Part shown: positions 26,318-39,164 of the stretch, in pieces
How positions within the stretch are numbered: the first letter of the stretch is position 1
Layout of the letters: each line of letters opens with the position of its first letter
Assembly (NCBI RefSeq): GCF_030684315.1
Contig: NC_081387.1
Location: 10,870,822-10,934,821, forward strand
Reading direction: 5' to 3'
DNA length: 64,000 nt
Origin: Stegostoma tigrinum
Taxonomy: Eukaryota
Program-made: the position numbers and the translations under genes
The notes under the pieces: generated by a model
The model's input: the letters and a program-made list of their open reading frames with translations, nothing else
Database searches by the model: none
Told to the model about the DNA's origin: nothing

Positions 26318-26711
26318 AGACTGGGGTTTATTTTCTCGTTGTAGCAATGGAGGCGAAGGCGAAGAGATTTTTGAAATCACGAGGCGCATGGATTGGGTGA
26401 TTAACCAAGGTATTTTTTTCGGAGGGTGGGCAAATCCAAACTGGAGGGTATAGGTTTAAGGCAAGAGGGGAAAGAAGAAAAAGAGATTCTGAGTCGTTAC
26501 TTTGTCACACGGAAGGTATTGCGTGTTTGGAAAGAGCTGCCAAAGGAAATGGTAGAGGCAGGTGCAATTACAACATTCAAAAGGCATCTGGATGGGGATG
26601 TGAAGTGGAAGTGTTCAGAGAGATAAGAGCCAAATGCTGGCAAAAGGGACGACATCAGATTGAGATGCCTGGAGTTAGGCTGAAGGGTCTGTTTCAATAC
26701 TGCATGACTCT
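26318..26711 (+). mobile_element. CR1-type LINE 3' end
   Basis: FVTRKVLRVWKELPKEMVEAGAITTFKRHLD, the CR1 ORF2 C-terminus, followed by the tail ggctgaagggtctgtttcaatactgcatgactct. Confidence 0.85.
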
Positions 26712-27719
26712 TCAACGCTACATGAAATGTTAACACTCAGTCCCCGGACAACATTCAGTCAGTTGGTTCATCCAAGAACATGATCCCAGGATCCCTCTCC
26801 GTGTTGCATAATTCGTTTTGCAGTGTCAATGGGTAATGATTCTTTTAGTTCTGGTTTTCATTACAAATACATGTTCAAAACAAATTCAGTGGAATCCTCT
26901 GCATTATCAGCCTGGAGCTTCACTGGTATCACAAATATTGTTCCTATCCAATTAACATGACGTTGCCTTTCATCTTTCTTGATTATGAGCCAATTTAAGT
27001 TACAGGAAATTAATTCAGTTTGCCCTGACAGAAAAGGAAATGAATTTGACATTCTCATGTGATCTACTTTGGTCAAATCAAGAGCGAACAGAATACTACG
27101 ACAAGATGTGGCAAAACGCATCCAGAATTCTTTATTTGAAATTTCACAATTCTCACTCATTTCAATCTTCAGCCTCATATATCCGACGCCAAACAGGCTT
27201 CCATCATTTTAGAGGACGTTTTGCTTACCTTTGAAAAGTAGAATGAGAAAGTCAAATTCAACATTTTAAAGACTATTGTATTCTCTGTGCTTCACATTCC
27301 AGTTCCTTCGTCTCATACACTGAATTGTTCAAGAGAAGCAAAAATCACCTGGCTCTTCGAACACTCGATTCATTGATTAAAAAATCAAATTAAATAACTT
27401 CATTGTGTTACATATCTAGATTCGTCAGTTTCTTTTTTAAAGCAACGTTTTACACATGCAGTCAATGCACCTGATTTTGGAGGACACGCGGACAGATAAA
27501 GTTGGCTACTGCAAACTGACTTCATGCAATTTGAACACGTTACGACGCGAAGGCAGAGAACACCGAGTTGTTCTATACTTTCAAACACTGCATTGACCTT
27601 CCGGATTGAGCGAATTGAGTTCAATCAATTTGTTTTAAAAGCTGAGATGTAACAGAAAACAGCACAGCACTGTTGAACAAATATGCGGCGACCACTTTTA
27701 GCAAAGGACAAATTCACCT

Positions 27720-27942
27720 AAATAAATACAGAAGTTGCTTGAAAAGTTCAGCAGATCTAGCAGCACCTGTGAAGAGAAATCAATATTAATGTTTCGGGTC
27801 CGATGGCCCATCCTCAAAACCGCACCTGAAGCATTCTTTCTGGTTTCGCTCTACGGATGCTGCCAGGCCTGCTGAGCATTTCCAGCAATTTCTGTCTTTT
27901 TGTTCACAGCATTTGCGGAATTACAGGATCCGCAGTTCCTTC
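27720..27942. mobile_element. Degenerate inverted pair of Penelope-family tails (paralog ~53999-54221); single minus tails also at ~24780-24875 and ~51060-51155
   Basis: acagaagttgcttgaaaagttcagcagatctagcagcacctgt pairs imperfectly with acggatgctgccaggcctgctgagcatttccagcaatttctgt. Confidence 0.6.
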
Positions 27943-28879
27943 AGTATTGACGAAAATCTCCGAGTAGGCAATGCAGTTTCTTCATCACTATGTTTATCTT
28001 CGATCGCAGAGTTTTCATGTTTCATCTTTTCACCTTCAGGATGGGCCCATTATTATGTATTCATTCGGTACTTCAATTACATATGAGTAATTCCTGGACA
28101 TTTTTGACACTCATTTCCAATTCTGGTTTCTCCTCTAAACATCTGATCTGCTGAAAGGACTTCTGTCCACATTCTCCCTACATGTAACTTAAACATCATT
28201 CTATCCTTGGGATCCAATCCTGAGCAATTTTTGAACGCAGCAATCTTGTTTCTTTTGTTCTATTGCCACTGAAAATGCGAACGGGAGGCACTGATGACTC
28301 TGTAAGAGCGGGCCGAGGGACACGAGGCTTGTGTCACTGTGCACACAGGACAGCAGACAGGACTCTGTGAATCGGTGTCACCAGTCCTAGTCAGAGAAAA
28401 TAGATTAATCATTGTTCTCATTATTTATGTCAGGTTGAGGCGGACTGCAGTAGTGGAGTGACTGGACGCAGACAGTGTCCATGACATGAGTCCACATAAG
28501 ATGCTAAAAAGACCAATTTAGCAATATTGATGTATCTGATTTAGAACAGACATACCACATTGAGATTTACACTTCTATCCTGACTGAGAATAGATAGACT
28601 ATACTCTGTCAGTATCACTGGGCCTGAGGGAGAACAGACTTAGCACATTGTGTCTATGTCATTGCCTCTGGAGCAGAGCAGGCTACTTTGTTTCTTCTGC
28701 ATGGAAAAGGGGGGAAAGCGCGCCCAATATCTGCATTATTTAAACTCCAAAATCCTCTGGGGTGACAGAGAGTTTGCTGAGAAGAATGACAGCATTTCTT
28801 AAACACAATGGTTAAGACATTAAATTAAAATTGATTTCTGATGCCTTGAGTTCATCAATGACTCCCATCGGAAAATATA

Positions 28880-29766
28880 TCATGCAATTTGAGAAAAGGG
28901 ATATTTGGCCACACTCTTCAACTGCTCTCTGAATTTAGTTTGGATTATGGCATAAATGCATGTATTTGTGCAGCAACTCAGGAGCTGAAGCATATTTCCT
29001 AATCTGCTAATAAAATGAGGTGCAATTGCAGACACATAACCTGAAAACCATAAATGAGCCCACACTGAATATACAATATGTATTGCCCACAAAAATATGA
29101 AATTTCCTGAAATTGCAAATAGTAAAATTATAGATTTCATTCGGTTCTCTATCTCTGTGTCTCTGTCGCTCACTGTATTGCTTTGAGCCCGGAGTCTACT
29201 GCGTGCTTTACTGGAGACCAAAATGTGCCTGACGGTAAAACCATTCAGCAGAAGGATCAGAACAAATGGGAGACATGGAGTTACAGTGCTTTGAAGCAAC
29301 TCGATTATAATCCGCTGCCATACATCAAAAACATCAAATGTTGTTTGACAAAACCAAGGTAAGTTCACAAGTAAATACCGGCCTGTGAATAAAAAGTACC
29401 ACACCGTGTTTTTTAAAAAGCTCAACACAGTCACAGTTCCAAGAACCACAGCCACAGTTTTCTCTGTACAAGACTTAGTTTTCAGTCTCTGGTTGCAAAT
29501 TGCCACAAATCGACCAAACGTGAAAGTGACAGTGAACCACACCGAACAGTCTGTGGCTGCATAAATAAAACATGTGTGGATATTGCACACACGGAAGGAT
29601 TTCAAAAAATTAAAGCGTTTCCAATAAACAATAGGAATCTGCCTCAAGATCAGGTCAGTGATAAGCACGATTAGATCTGCTGCTGCCATGGCCACCAGAT
29701 AATGACTTACACCTTTCGATAGGCCACACTTTCCCCGTGATAAGATCCCAATCGTCACTGCGTTAA
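28880..29766 (-). CDS. GPR139: GPR139/GPR142-like class A GPCR, exon 2, copy 2 (open frame; DRF->GRF; C-terminus 5 aa short)
   Basis: Polypyrimidine tract plus AG at 29768-29767, then (V)NAVTIGILSRGKCGLS..YLVAMAAADL..DCSVWFTVTFTFGRFVAIC..P..LILLLN..LLFAISGNF..LSCCTNTCIY. This gives a 7TM pattern with GPR139/142-family motifs. Confidence 0.88.
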
Positions 29767-32692
29767 CTGAAAGGAAGAGAAAAAAAAACAGGTATATTAA
29801 TCACCTGCTCGATATAATGCTATAAGCCTCTATGATTAATTATAATATCCATGGATATATATTAATAAATCTGTCATATTGTTAACTGCTGTAAACGGGA
29901 CCTGAATTAAGTAAATTCTCAATTATATCGAAGTGTTTATTTATGGGGATAAAACAAAATGGCTGAAAAACATATTCTCGATTCAATAAAATGATTGCAG
30001 TTCTGACAAATGTTTCCCTGTATTTGCAAAATAAAGAATATCATTTTCATATATAATGTAGTGCAGAAGAGGTAAACTGCAATCTGATGATGCAACATTA
30101 AGCTCAATGCTGCCAGCTTCGAGTGGAAGTTAAAATTCATAAAATTCATAAAAATCATAAAATTGCATCAAGAGAGAATATTCTCCTTGAAGTCAGATGG
30201 AAGAAGAAAATGGACAAATTTCCTGTAGTTCGAAAAGATGCATGATTGAATCAGCAAAATCTTTTTCATGCATCAAGTGTTCCGTTCTACTTGCACCGGC
30301 TCATTGGTGGAGGCAGGAGCAGTGCGAACAGGATTAAGGATAAAGCAGACTTTTATCCAAAATGGATGAATATTCTGCAATGCACAGACAGTAAAGGCAA
30401 TGATACCAGTTTTACTAAATTAGCTCATCATAACCTTATGTAAATAATGTCACGATGGAAAACAGATTTCAAGTCTTTTTTTTCAATGACGTGAGACATC
30501 TAAAGTTCTTCTTCCTGTTGTCACGCAGCTATTGGGTATGTACATGAAGGAATGCACACCATAAAATACCGAAAAATTACCGACTTCAACAAAATACCAT
30601 CTTGTATTTTTTTTCACAATCCGGAGATAATGTGAACTGCAAATTAGTGCTTCCACGATCTTACGGACTCCCTGACCTGTAAAATATTTTGGCGTTATAT
30701 TACATCAAATCATTGATTGGAAAGCAGTACACGGAAAGTCGAAAGTAAATACTTCTCAAGGTAAATCACTTTTGTTATGATAACACATTATAGACAGGAC
30801 GAAAAATCGGTGTGATATCAAGATGCTATCAAATGAGCTGACTTCAGAAACATTAGAGTGCGGCTCTCGACACGCTTGTCTGATCAGAGAATCAAGTATC
30901 TGTTTCTTCAGATGGACATATTAACTGTTGAAACGTTGAAAGTGATGATATGCAATTCATTCCACTCAATATACTAAAGCAAGTTCCTCCTGAGAATTAT
31001 TCGCTAGATGTATTGATGTGACATTGTAACAACAGCAACAGAATGGAATACATTATTTAGGAATTCATGTCTGCTTCCAGAAACTTACCAGCAACACCAA
31101 TAGTACCAGGGAGAGGATAGTAAATCTTTTCTATTTCAAAACTGAAGAAAAATATCTCGTCCATCACACTATAACTCCTTTTTCATCCTTGCACTTTCTG
31201 AAAAGCCGTTGATCATTATTCATGCTGGTGACATTGAAACATGGTTTATAAATAGAAGTGGAAATCCCATTGGTGATTGTGATAAAATCCTTGGAGGCTG
31301 GCATTAATTTGCGTTCATGTTGAAAAACAACATGAAACAATTCAAACAAAATAATCACAATGGATTTATGATGATAAAATTTATTAAAAACACAAAATTT
31401 TCTGAAAACTAAAACCGTTTCATTTGAGAAGCTAAGGACAGTACGAAGGGAGCACAGACAGGGGTTTGGTGGAAGGACAGACAACGATGTTACTTCTTGT
31501 CTATTCACAGAATAACTCCTGGGCTGTGGGATATCTGCAACGACATTCCAATTTCAATGGCTGGCTTACCATCCTGAGAAATCTTTCCAAAGGATGACAC
31601 TGTCAAGATCACCACCAAAAATGAAAGTCAGCTCAGATCTAATGGTTGGTTATACGGTAAGAATATTGTCTCCCAAGGATGATGCAATGGAAAGATGTAT
31701 TTGATTGGCAGTTATGATCATGAGCCCTGTATTGGGGCAAAAGGAGGGGGAAAAAACCTAGAATAATGTCATCCAGCCAAGCCCTATTGAGATGGAACTA
31801 CTCCATATTTTGTTCCAATTCCATATCTCTCTCCTTCACATCCATTACGTTGCTGTGGCACATCTCAGTAGAATAGAAAAAAGACCCCGTCTGAGCCCAG
31901 GTGTTTCAATTCTCAAGCATTCTCCATCTGCTAATCCAGCAATTGCATTGATTGGAATGGGGTGGTGGTATTATCTCGACATTAAATCCTTGTGAAATGC
32001 CCTACCAGCAAATAATTGTTGATTAAATGTTGCAAAATAGCTATTGGGCACATTTTCTGGTGAACCACTTCTCACCATCGCCCAGACACAGCAGGATGTC
32101 AAAATAAAAACAAAGGTTCCATATTCTAAAATTAACTCCCTTTCTCACCCACCCAACCCCTCACAGGACCATGAAAATTCCAGAAACAGAGTGAGTTCTG
32201 TATTGGTGAGTTCCCTTCGTTATACAGCACAAACCATCCCCAAACACCCCGCCCAATGTGCATCTCACCAACAACACTACACCCCTTCCCACACATGCAC
32301 ACAGCAACATTTGTCTACCCCAAACTCACTCCTCCAACTGTGCATTAGCATTGTCGGCTTTGTCGAGTCACTGAATAGTTCCAGCTAAGAAATCTGAGCT
32401 TCAGTTGATTCACATCCCAGTAATGTCAAATGTTTGTTATTTGAATGTGAAAGTCTTCAGAGCCACACTAGGCACTCTCATAACAAGGAGTCAACTCACT
32501 GCTGAGTTTTTTGAGGGTCACTTTCATTGTGAACCCAGGACAGGAAATGAGACCACAATCCTGACAAGTCATTCAACCAAACAGCTAACTGAGCTAACCG
32601 ACACTTAACTCTCCAGTTGGCTGATCCAAAAAAGGTTTCCTTGTTCGTTTTCCAAACCTATCATTAGGAAAAGTTGAAAGTAACTGAAAGTA

Positions 32693-32990
32693 ACTCTCTG
32701 GATCAATAGGACCCCTCCCGAACTCTCAACCTACATTTGCCTTCACTGGCTCCAATCCCGTCTCTTTGACCTGTCTGTCTCCTCTCACCCGAGCTTCTCC
32801 TTCATCCATCTTCAATCCTTCTCCCCCTCTATACCATATTATTTCAAAATTCCCTTCCCCCCCCCACCTTTCTGAAGAAGGATCTTAATCCAAAACATCA
32901 GCTTTCCTCCTCCTCTGATGCTGCTTGGCCTGCTGCATACATCTAGCTCGACACCTTGTTATCTCAGATTCTCCAGCAGTTCCTATTATC
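32693..32990 (+). mobile_element. Residual 3' end of the Penelope-like pair after an internal deletion (unit 2)
   Basis: Matches only the distal ~300 bp of the plus arm in units 1 and 3. Confidence 0.75.
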
Positions 32991-35019
32991 TCTGCCATTT
33001 GTGGATTTGCTGGTGATCTGTTATCCCCTAGAGATCCAGCTCCAGACCATGCTGCCTCATTTTAGAGAATATCAGACCAAACCTGACAGTCAATCAAATA
33101 GGTGGAAAGCAATTGATGGAAAGTTTTCAGGAAGGAGGGCCGCAGGGAAGTGGGCATGCTGCCAACAGGCATCCAACAAATATATTAGTTTTGATTTCCA
33201 CTCAGCAACCTCACAGGGAGGAAGTCACTGCTGCGTGGAAATCAACCATCAGAGGCCCAGATCCTTGTTCCATTCATTGATACTTCTCAGCAATGGCTGC
33301 AGACATTTCATGATGTTAAAGCTGTGGGGAAAGAATGTGGGCAGTCGAGGAAGATTTATCAACAGGAGAAGGGAGGTGTCATATAATATTTATTTTTCGC
33401 CCCCACCCCTGACGGAAAGTCACTCATCCTGTCACCAAATGCCTTTTGAATTGTGAAGCCCAGAGAATAGTACCTGAAGCCACACCGGGTTCAATTCTTA
33501 TATTCCCCACGTCGCTATACAAGTATAGATGACTGAGGATTCAAACACCTATCACCCACCCAATAAAAAACTCACGCACACCCCAAACCCTGCCGTTTCT
33601 GAACTCAACATGGAATGAGGGAGATATATCTGACCACGGCCAATTTCAGGGAATTTACATCCCCACACGCTCTGGATTATGATTCCAGGAGGTGCACTCT
33701 ATTCATGAGTTCTCAGTTTTGTGTCCCTGATCATTTCTGAGCAGGAGTGTTTGAGCCAGTAGCTTCACAGTCATGTGGGATTTCTCTCTTTTGTTTCGAA
33801 GCACAAATAGACAAAACATGTTGATTTCTCAGCTAATGTATTTTACTTGCAACTAACATCAAAGTACACGATGTTCGAATAACAGTTATGTTTCAACTAC
33901 AAGCCAATATCATCGAAAAGTTTGTATTATCGACATTTAAGCTCCTATCTGGATCATAAACGTGTATTTGTTGCCATATTTTTAATACATTCTGCATTTT
34001 GTTGCTTTGCTCTCTCCACTGTGAAGCTGTCTTACACTTTAGGTGTCGTGGAACTGTGTTTTACTAATCTGAATATTATTTGTTCAGAAGGAACTGCTGT
34101 ATTCTATGAATCGGGATTCATTCAAATTTTGGTGGGGAAATATCTCTGCTATTGACTTAATCCATCAACTCAACACACAGGGAACAAAAACAAGGTTGAT
34201 AGCTGGCACAACAAAATGAAATGTCAGGAACATGGACGAGCACTTTGTCACAGTATCCAAGTTTCATTCCAGACCTTCAGGCTCTTTGTGACAATCAGAG
34301 CATTTCCAATATTCCACGGATTCTAACTGCCCCTTTTTACACAAATATGGTGGTGGTGGATTATTATCAATAAATGAATGCTTAATTCGTTGGTTTTATG
34401 TTCTTATTCAAGTGAGGATTATTTTAATGCTAATGAAGATGAGTAATTCATTTGAGGAGCCAAACAGATGCATTGACATCAGGCTAATCCCACATGACTG
34501 TGAACAATTAGGAGAGCTCTTCTTTTAATTTCCAAAGACTCTTTCTGAAATAAGGAATTAGCTATTATCAAAATACCTAAAAGACATTTGCTATAAACAT
34601 TCAAAGAGTGTACGATGATGAGAATGTCATGTCATTTAATGATTTGAAGATAGTGGATCTGTTCTGTGACACTTTAGGAAGTCAGTGATATCTTGTTAAT
34701 GAGCACAATATCATCAAATGAAACATTCTCACAGAACAACTTTATGCTGTATTCGATGATGCGTAAATAATAGGTAAGTTTACCATCTCATTCCTTCAAA
34801 AATGTACTCTAATAAGTAGCATCAATTTTACCAACAGGAAGCATACGAATCAGTTGTTATGTTTAAAACGTCATTCAGATCTTATATATAAGTGTCAACT
34901 TGATACATAATCGGGCACAATTAAACTAAAATCCTGCTGCACATTTGAATATAAATGAAGGAAAATCAAGTCAACAATATTCCTGAAAAGTGCACAAAAT
35001 TATACTCGTAGCTTTTCTT

Positions 35020-36435
35020 TCATTTTGTTGTATCGATAATTTTGTACTTGCATGAGAGAAGATTCTTGAAGGTTTTCTTGAAGATGGCATTGCACAGAGC
35101 ATAACAGACTGGGTTGATGGTGCTGTTGATGTAACAGAGCCAATATCCAATGGTCCACATTGTGTCAGGGATACAAATTGAGCAGAAAGTGCTCAACACC
35201 ATCATGACATTGTATGGGGTTCCACTAATGATGTATGCAAGGATGACAGCTAGTATGGTTCTGGTTACCTGATGCTCTCGAGATTTAGATACTTTCTTCG
35301 ATGTATTCCTGTTTATGTTAACTAAATTATGGCGTGTTCTTATCATTGGGACATTCCTTTTCTTCCTGTTGATATTTGGGAGTATTCCTGCTGGGTTGCC
35401 ACAGTCCACATCTTTTTCAAATTTACAAATTCCCTTCATTGAGAAGCAATTGGAGTTGTCAATCCGAAAATAATTTTGTCCCACATAAACACTTGTTTTC
35501 CCTTGGATTGCTTCTTCCTGATTCTCATTAGCAGGCAATGCACTGAGATAAGTTGAATCATGAGTGAGCTCATCTTGATGACTTTGGTCATAGCCATCAC
35601 CTGTCAATTGATCGGGTATTTTGCCACTTTGCACTTGATCATGCAGAGGCACAACAGGAATTGTTGGAATTCTGTTATTATTTGTTTTTGCTATTTTTTC
35701 TTTCACTGGGCTAGAAGAAACTGTGGAATTACTTGTTTCAGGTGCTGTTTTATCTTGTTTAATTCGGCATTTGCTTGCACGAGATATGAATGTGTACAGA
35801 GTCACCATGATTATAGCAGGGAGATAGAAAGAAGCTGTACCGATACTGAGAGTGACAGCTGGATTTGAGAAGAATTGTACATAACACTCACCTTCGTTAA
35901 CTGTCCGCTCCCCTCCGATGTACTGCCAGAAGATAATGGGCGGCGCCCACAGGATAAATGGCAATCCCCAAGCAGCTGCAATCATCATCAAGACCATCTT
36001 CGGTCTTTCCTTCACAGGGCAGTGAACCGGCTTTGTCACGCAGAAGTAGCGATCAAGGCTGATCATGAGGAGGTTCAAGGAAGAGGCATAGCTGACAACA
36101 TAATCTACAGCAAACCAGAAATCACATGCCACTGGACCCAGAGGCCAGTATCCAACCACAATGTAAACGGTGTATAAGTTCATAGAGAATGCACCAATAA
36201 TGAAATCCGCACAGGCTAAGCTGAAAATAAAGTAGTTATTAATAGTTCGCAAATGTCTGTTGACTTTGATAGATAAGAGCATCAGAATGTTTCCAACAAT
36301 GGTCACCAAACTTAGAGATCCTGCTGCAATAACAATGAAGATCATTCCCACTGTATTACAGGAACTCCCTCCTGCAACATCAAACAATCCATTAGTGCTG
36401 CAGTGAGATTCATTTGTCTCCATTACATTGGTCAT
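35020..36435 (-). CDS. CHRM2: Muscarinic acetylcholine receptor M2-like, copy 2 (471 aa)
   Basis: Same motifs as copy 1, with intact YWPLG, DRY, PYN and NPVCY. ATG at 36435. Confidence 0.95.
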   Translation of the reverse strand: MTNVMETNESHCSTNGLFDVAGGSSCNTVGMIFIVIAAGSLSLVTIVGNILMLLSIKVNRHLRTINNYFIFSLACADFIIGAFSMNLYTVYIVVGYWPLGPVACDFWFAVDYVVSYASSLNLLMISLDRYFCVTKPVHCPVKERPKMVLMMIAAAWGLPFILWAPPIIFWQYIGGERTVNEGECYVQFFSNPAVTLSIGTASFYLPAIIMVTLYTFISRASKCRIKQDKTAPETSNSTVSSSPVKEKIAKTNNNRIPTIPVVPLHDQVQSGKIPDQLTGDGYDQSHQDELTHDSTYLSALPANENQEEAIQGKTSVYVGQNYFRIDNSNCFSMKGICKFEKDVDCGNPAGILPNINRKKRNVPMIRTRHNLVNINRNTSKKVSKSREHQVTRTILAVILAYIISGTPYNVMMVLSTFCSICIPDTMWTIGYWLCYINSTINPVCYALCNAIFKKTFKNLLSCKYKIIDTTK

Positions 36436-37719
36436 CCTTTTGTCGTGATGCACAGATATCAAATCCCTAAATGCATGAAAGAAAGGAAAGATTGCAATAA
36501 ATTGTAACTTCACAGGGCTGTGTTTATGGCTGTTCTGAAATTTCTAACATCAAGAGGACCAAAAGTAGTCTCAACATATTAACTTCATTCTCTTCTCAAA
36601 GCGACACACTATTTGGTTTGAAATTGTCTCGGAAATCACTATTTTAAAAATTATCTAAGACAGTCAATTACTTTTATTTAATAAGTGAAGATGTGCTTGG
36701 TAACATAGCAAACGTATAGCCCAGAACCAGTCTGAAATAACCCCATGCAGGCTGTGTGCTGTCATCCTGAATTGACATGTACCCAATACACGATGGTGTT
36801 CGAGCACACTGAGATCCAGCTTCTCGGGTGAACAGAACCCCACTCTCCTGTTTATATCCGTCATCCAGGACTCCTGCATCCTGCAAGTCGGTCTCCTGGC
36901 CGGGCATGGCGGAGGCTCAGCACCGTGCGGCAGTCTCTCAGTGGCCTTTGGTCCAATGTGGCCTCAGCGTGAACTTCCATCCTCCAGGTGATTACAGAGT
37001 GGTCTCCCGGCCTTGTCAGCCTCCAGGTGAATCCCAGCGCGGTCTGGAGTCAACGCTCAGTGGGGACTGGAAGCTTTTGGGAGCGTGGACTGGGTTTGAA
37101 GGACTCTTTTGCTGAACATTTTTATTTCTCTCTCTTTTAAAAAATTTATTCCTATGATCTCTAATACTGGATTTTTTATTTCTTTATTTCCCTGCCATGC
37201 CACCCCGCCACGAAACTTGAACTGAAGACTCTGTAACTATCTGCATTTTTACCTCAGATGGTCCTATTAGGGGCGATTTGTAAACTTTTTGCTGTACACT
37301 TTTGAGTACATGTTACAACAAAGCTAAATCTAACTCAAGATTAGACCAGTCCAAATCTGGGCACTCACATTCTATGATATCAACCTCTTTGACTCCATTA
37401 AAATCACGACATCCTTCCCACTCTGACTCCTGGGTTGTGTGATACTTTCGTCCCAGTCCCGGATCCTCTGACTCTGCCTCAGTTACGGGCCAGTGTGTAC
37501 CAGACCATGGACTATGCTTTGCGCTGGGAGCACATCAGGAAAATTCATCCTTTTTCTCAAGCGGTGATGGTGTTGAAGCTCCATCACCTGCTGTGTCCCA
37601 TCTAGGACTCGGAGGTTCCTTATGACGCCTGGTGAAAGGAGGTATCCACGGGCTCTCACAAACTCTCCGGATACTTTGACGGGCCAGGGATGTTGCTGCC
37701 CCGTTTATGAGGTTGCAGC

Positions 37720-38410
37720 TTTCTTCTGGTCCAAGTTCCAATATCCCAGGAATTGGTCCACCCCGTCACACCATCTTTTCATCCACAGGTTTATCTTACA
37801 TATGGTACTGTTTCTACGCTGACCAGCTCATTGCACTGGAAGTAGTCCTGACATAACCACCTTTGAGCGCCTGCATTGCAACTTTCTTCGTAGATCTCTA
37901 TAATCTGCTTTCAGTGCCCATCCTTTCGGGTTAACCGATGTCATTTGCACCAATGTGTACCACAACCAGTAGCTGTTCACCCTCCCGACACAGAATGTCA
38001 TGCAACCACTTCAAGACATCCAGGACCCGGAAACAGGGAGGGAACACACCATTCTGGACTTCCATTTCACAAAAACTCCCTTTATAGTTGAATCCCCAAT
38101 TACTGTTGATTTCTGTGCGCAAACTCCCTCCCACGACAGCAGAAACAAACATGCCCCCATGACGTTTGCTGCTGCTGTTGTCCGCTGGATGCTGTTCCTC
38201 TCAACAGTTTACCAAACGGTGTATCTGTTTCTCAGGGGAATAGCCACAGGAGACCCCTGAACTGCCTGCTTAGCCCTCCTGTCTGGTGTCACACATTCCC
38301 CTCCTGCCCGTGGTGTCTGAGTCTACAGTGTTACCACCTCTCTATATGTGCCATTCATAATAATCTCCACCTCACAAATGCCCCACCGTGTCCCCAGGCG
38401 CTGGTCAAGG
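37720..38410 (-). mobile_element. CR1-type LINE ORF1 esterase relic, unit 2 copy
   Basis: Paralog of 10640-11330 (LVVVHIGANDIG). Confidence 0.75.
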
Positions 38411-39164
38411 TACATTTGGCGAAATTACATTTTGGTTCTACAATTAGTCAACAGTTGAAGGAAAGGATATTCACTCCTTTGATTCTTTTATGTTGATATA
38501 ACTGTTGCCCGTGACAGAATTGACTTAAGATGGCCACCAGCGATTTCTCCTGTAAAGCCTTGCCCCTTTAAATTAATTATTCCTTACAATGTCAAATACA
38601 TTTAATACTAGATTGTATCTGATGATGCTCTCTGCTCCACTGACAATTTCATGAAAAGTAACTAACACTCACCAATATAGTTTCCAGAGCTGTTTCACGC
38701 CACGCTTCTTTGCTGCGGAAGTTACTCTCAAATTGTTCTCTCTCCTCTCCTCTGAACTTTGCCCAACTTTTGTTTTGGTAAGCAGAGGAAGGAGGGATAA
38801 AAACATTGCAGTAACGTAATCTTTGGGCTGACCGTTCCTCAGCACCATGTTCTCCCACGATGCCTTTCTGACTGCGAAATCCATTCCCAGAATGAGAACA
38901 CTCGAACTCGCAGCATGCTCAGCTTGCATCTCTCTAAAGCTATTTCGCCCTTCAGTTTTTGGGTGTGAGCCTGTTATTTCAATCAGTGCTAACTGAACCA
39001 ATTGCTTCTCAGAAGACAGCAGAACTGATGTTATGGTTAGTTAATTACTAATGGTTGGCTTTCCCCAATACAGATTCTCAGCCTGGCTGAGGTCCTAAGC
39101 AAACTGACGGTTTGGAGTTCAGAGAGAATTTTGGTAAAGACTGGTTCCACAGTAACTGATACAA

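Larger units (their letters stand above)
1..27940. repeat. Tandem segmental duplication unit 1 (~27.9 kb; boundary arbitrary at window start)
   Basis: The sequence at 1 (tcggtattgacgaaaat) recurs at 27941 and 54220. All genes and TE relics recur in the same order. Identity by eye is roughly mid-90s percent (not computed). Confidence 0.97.
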
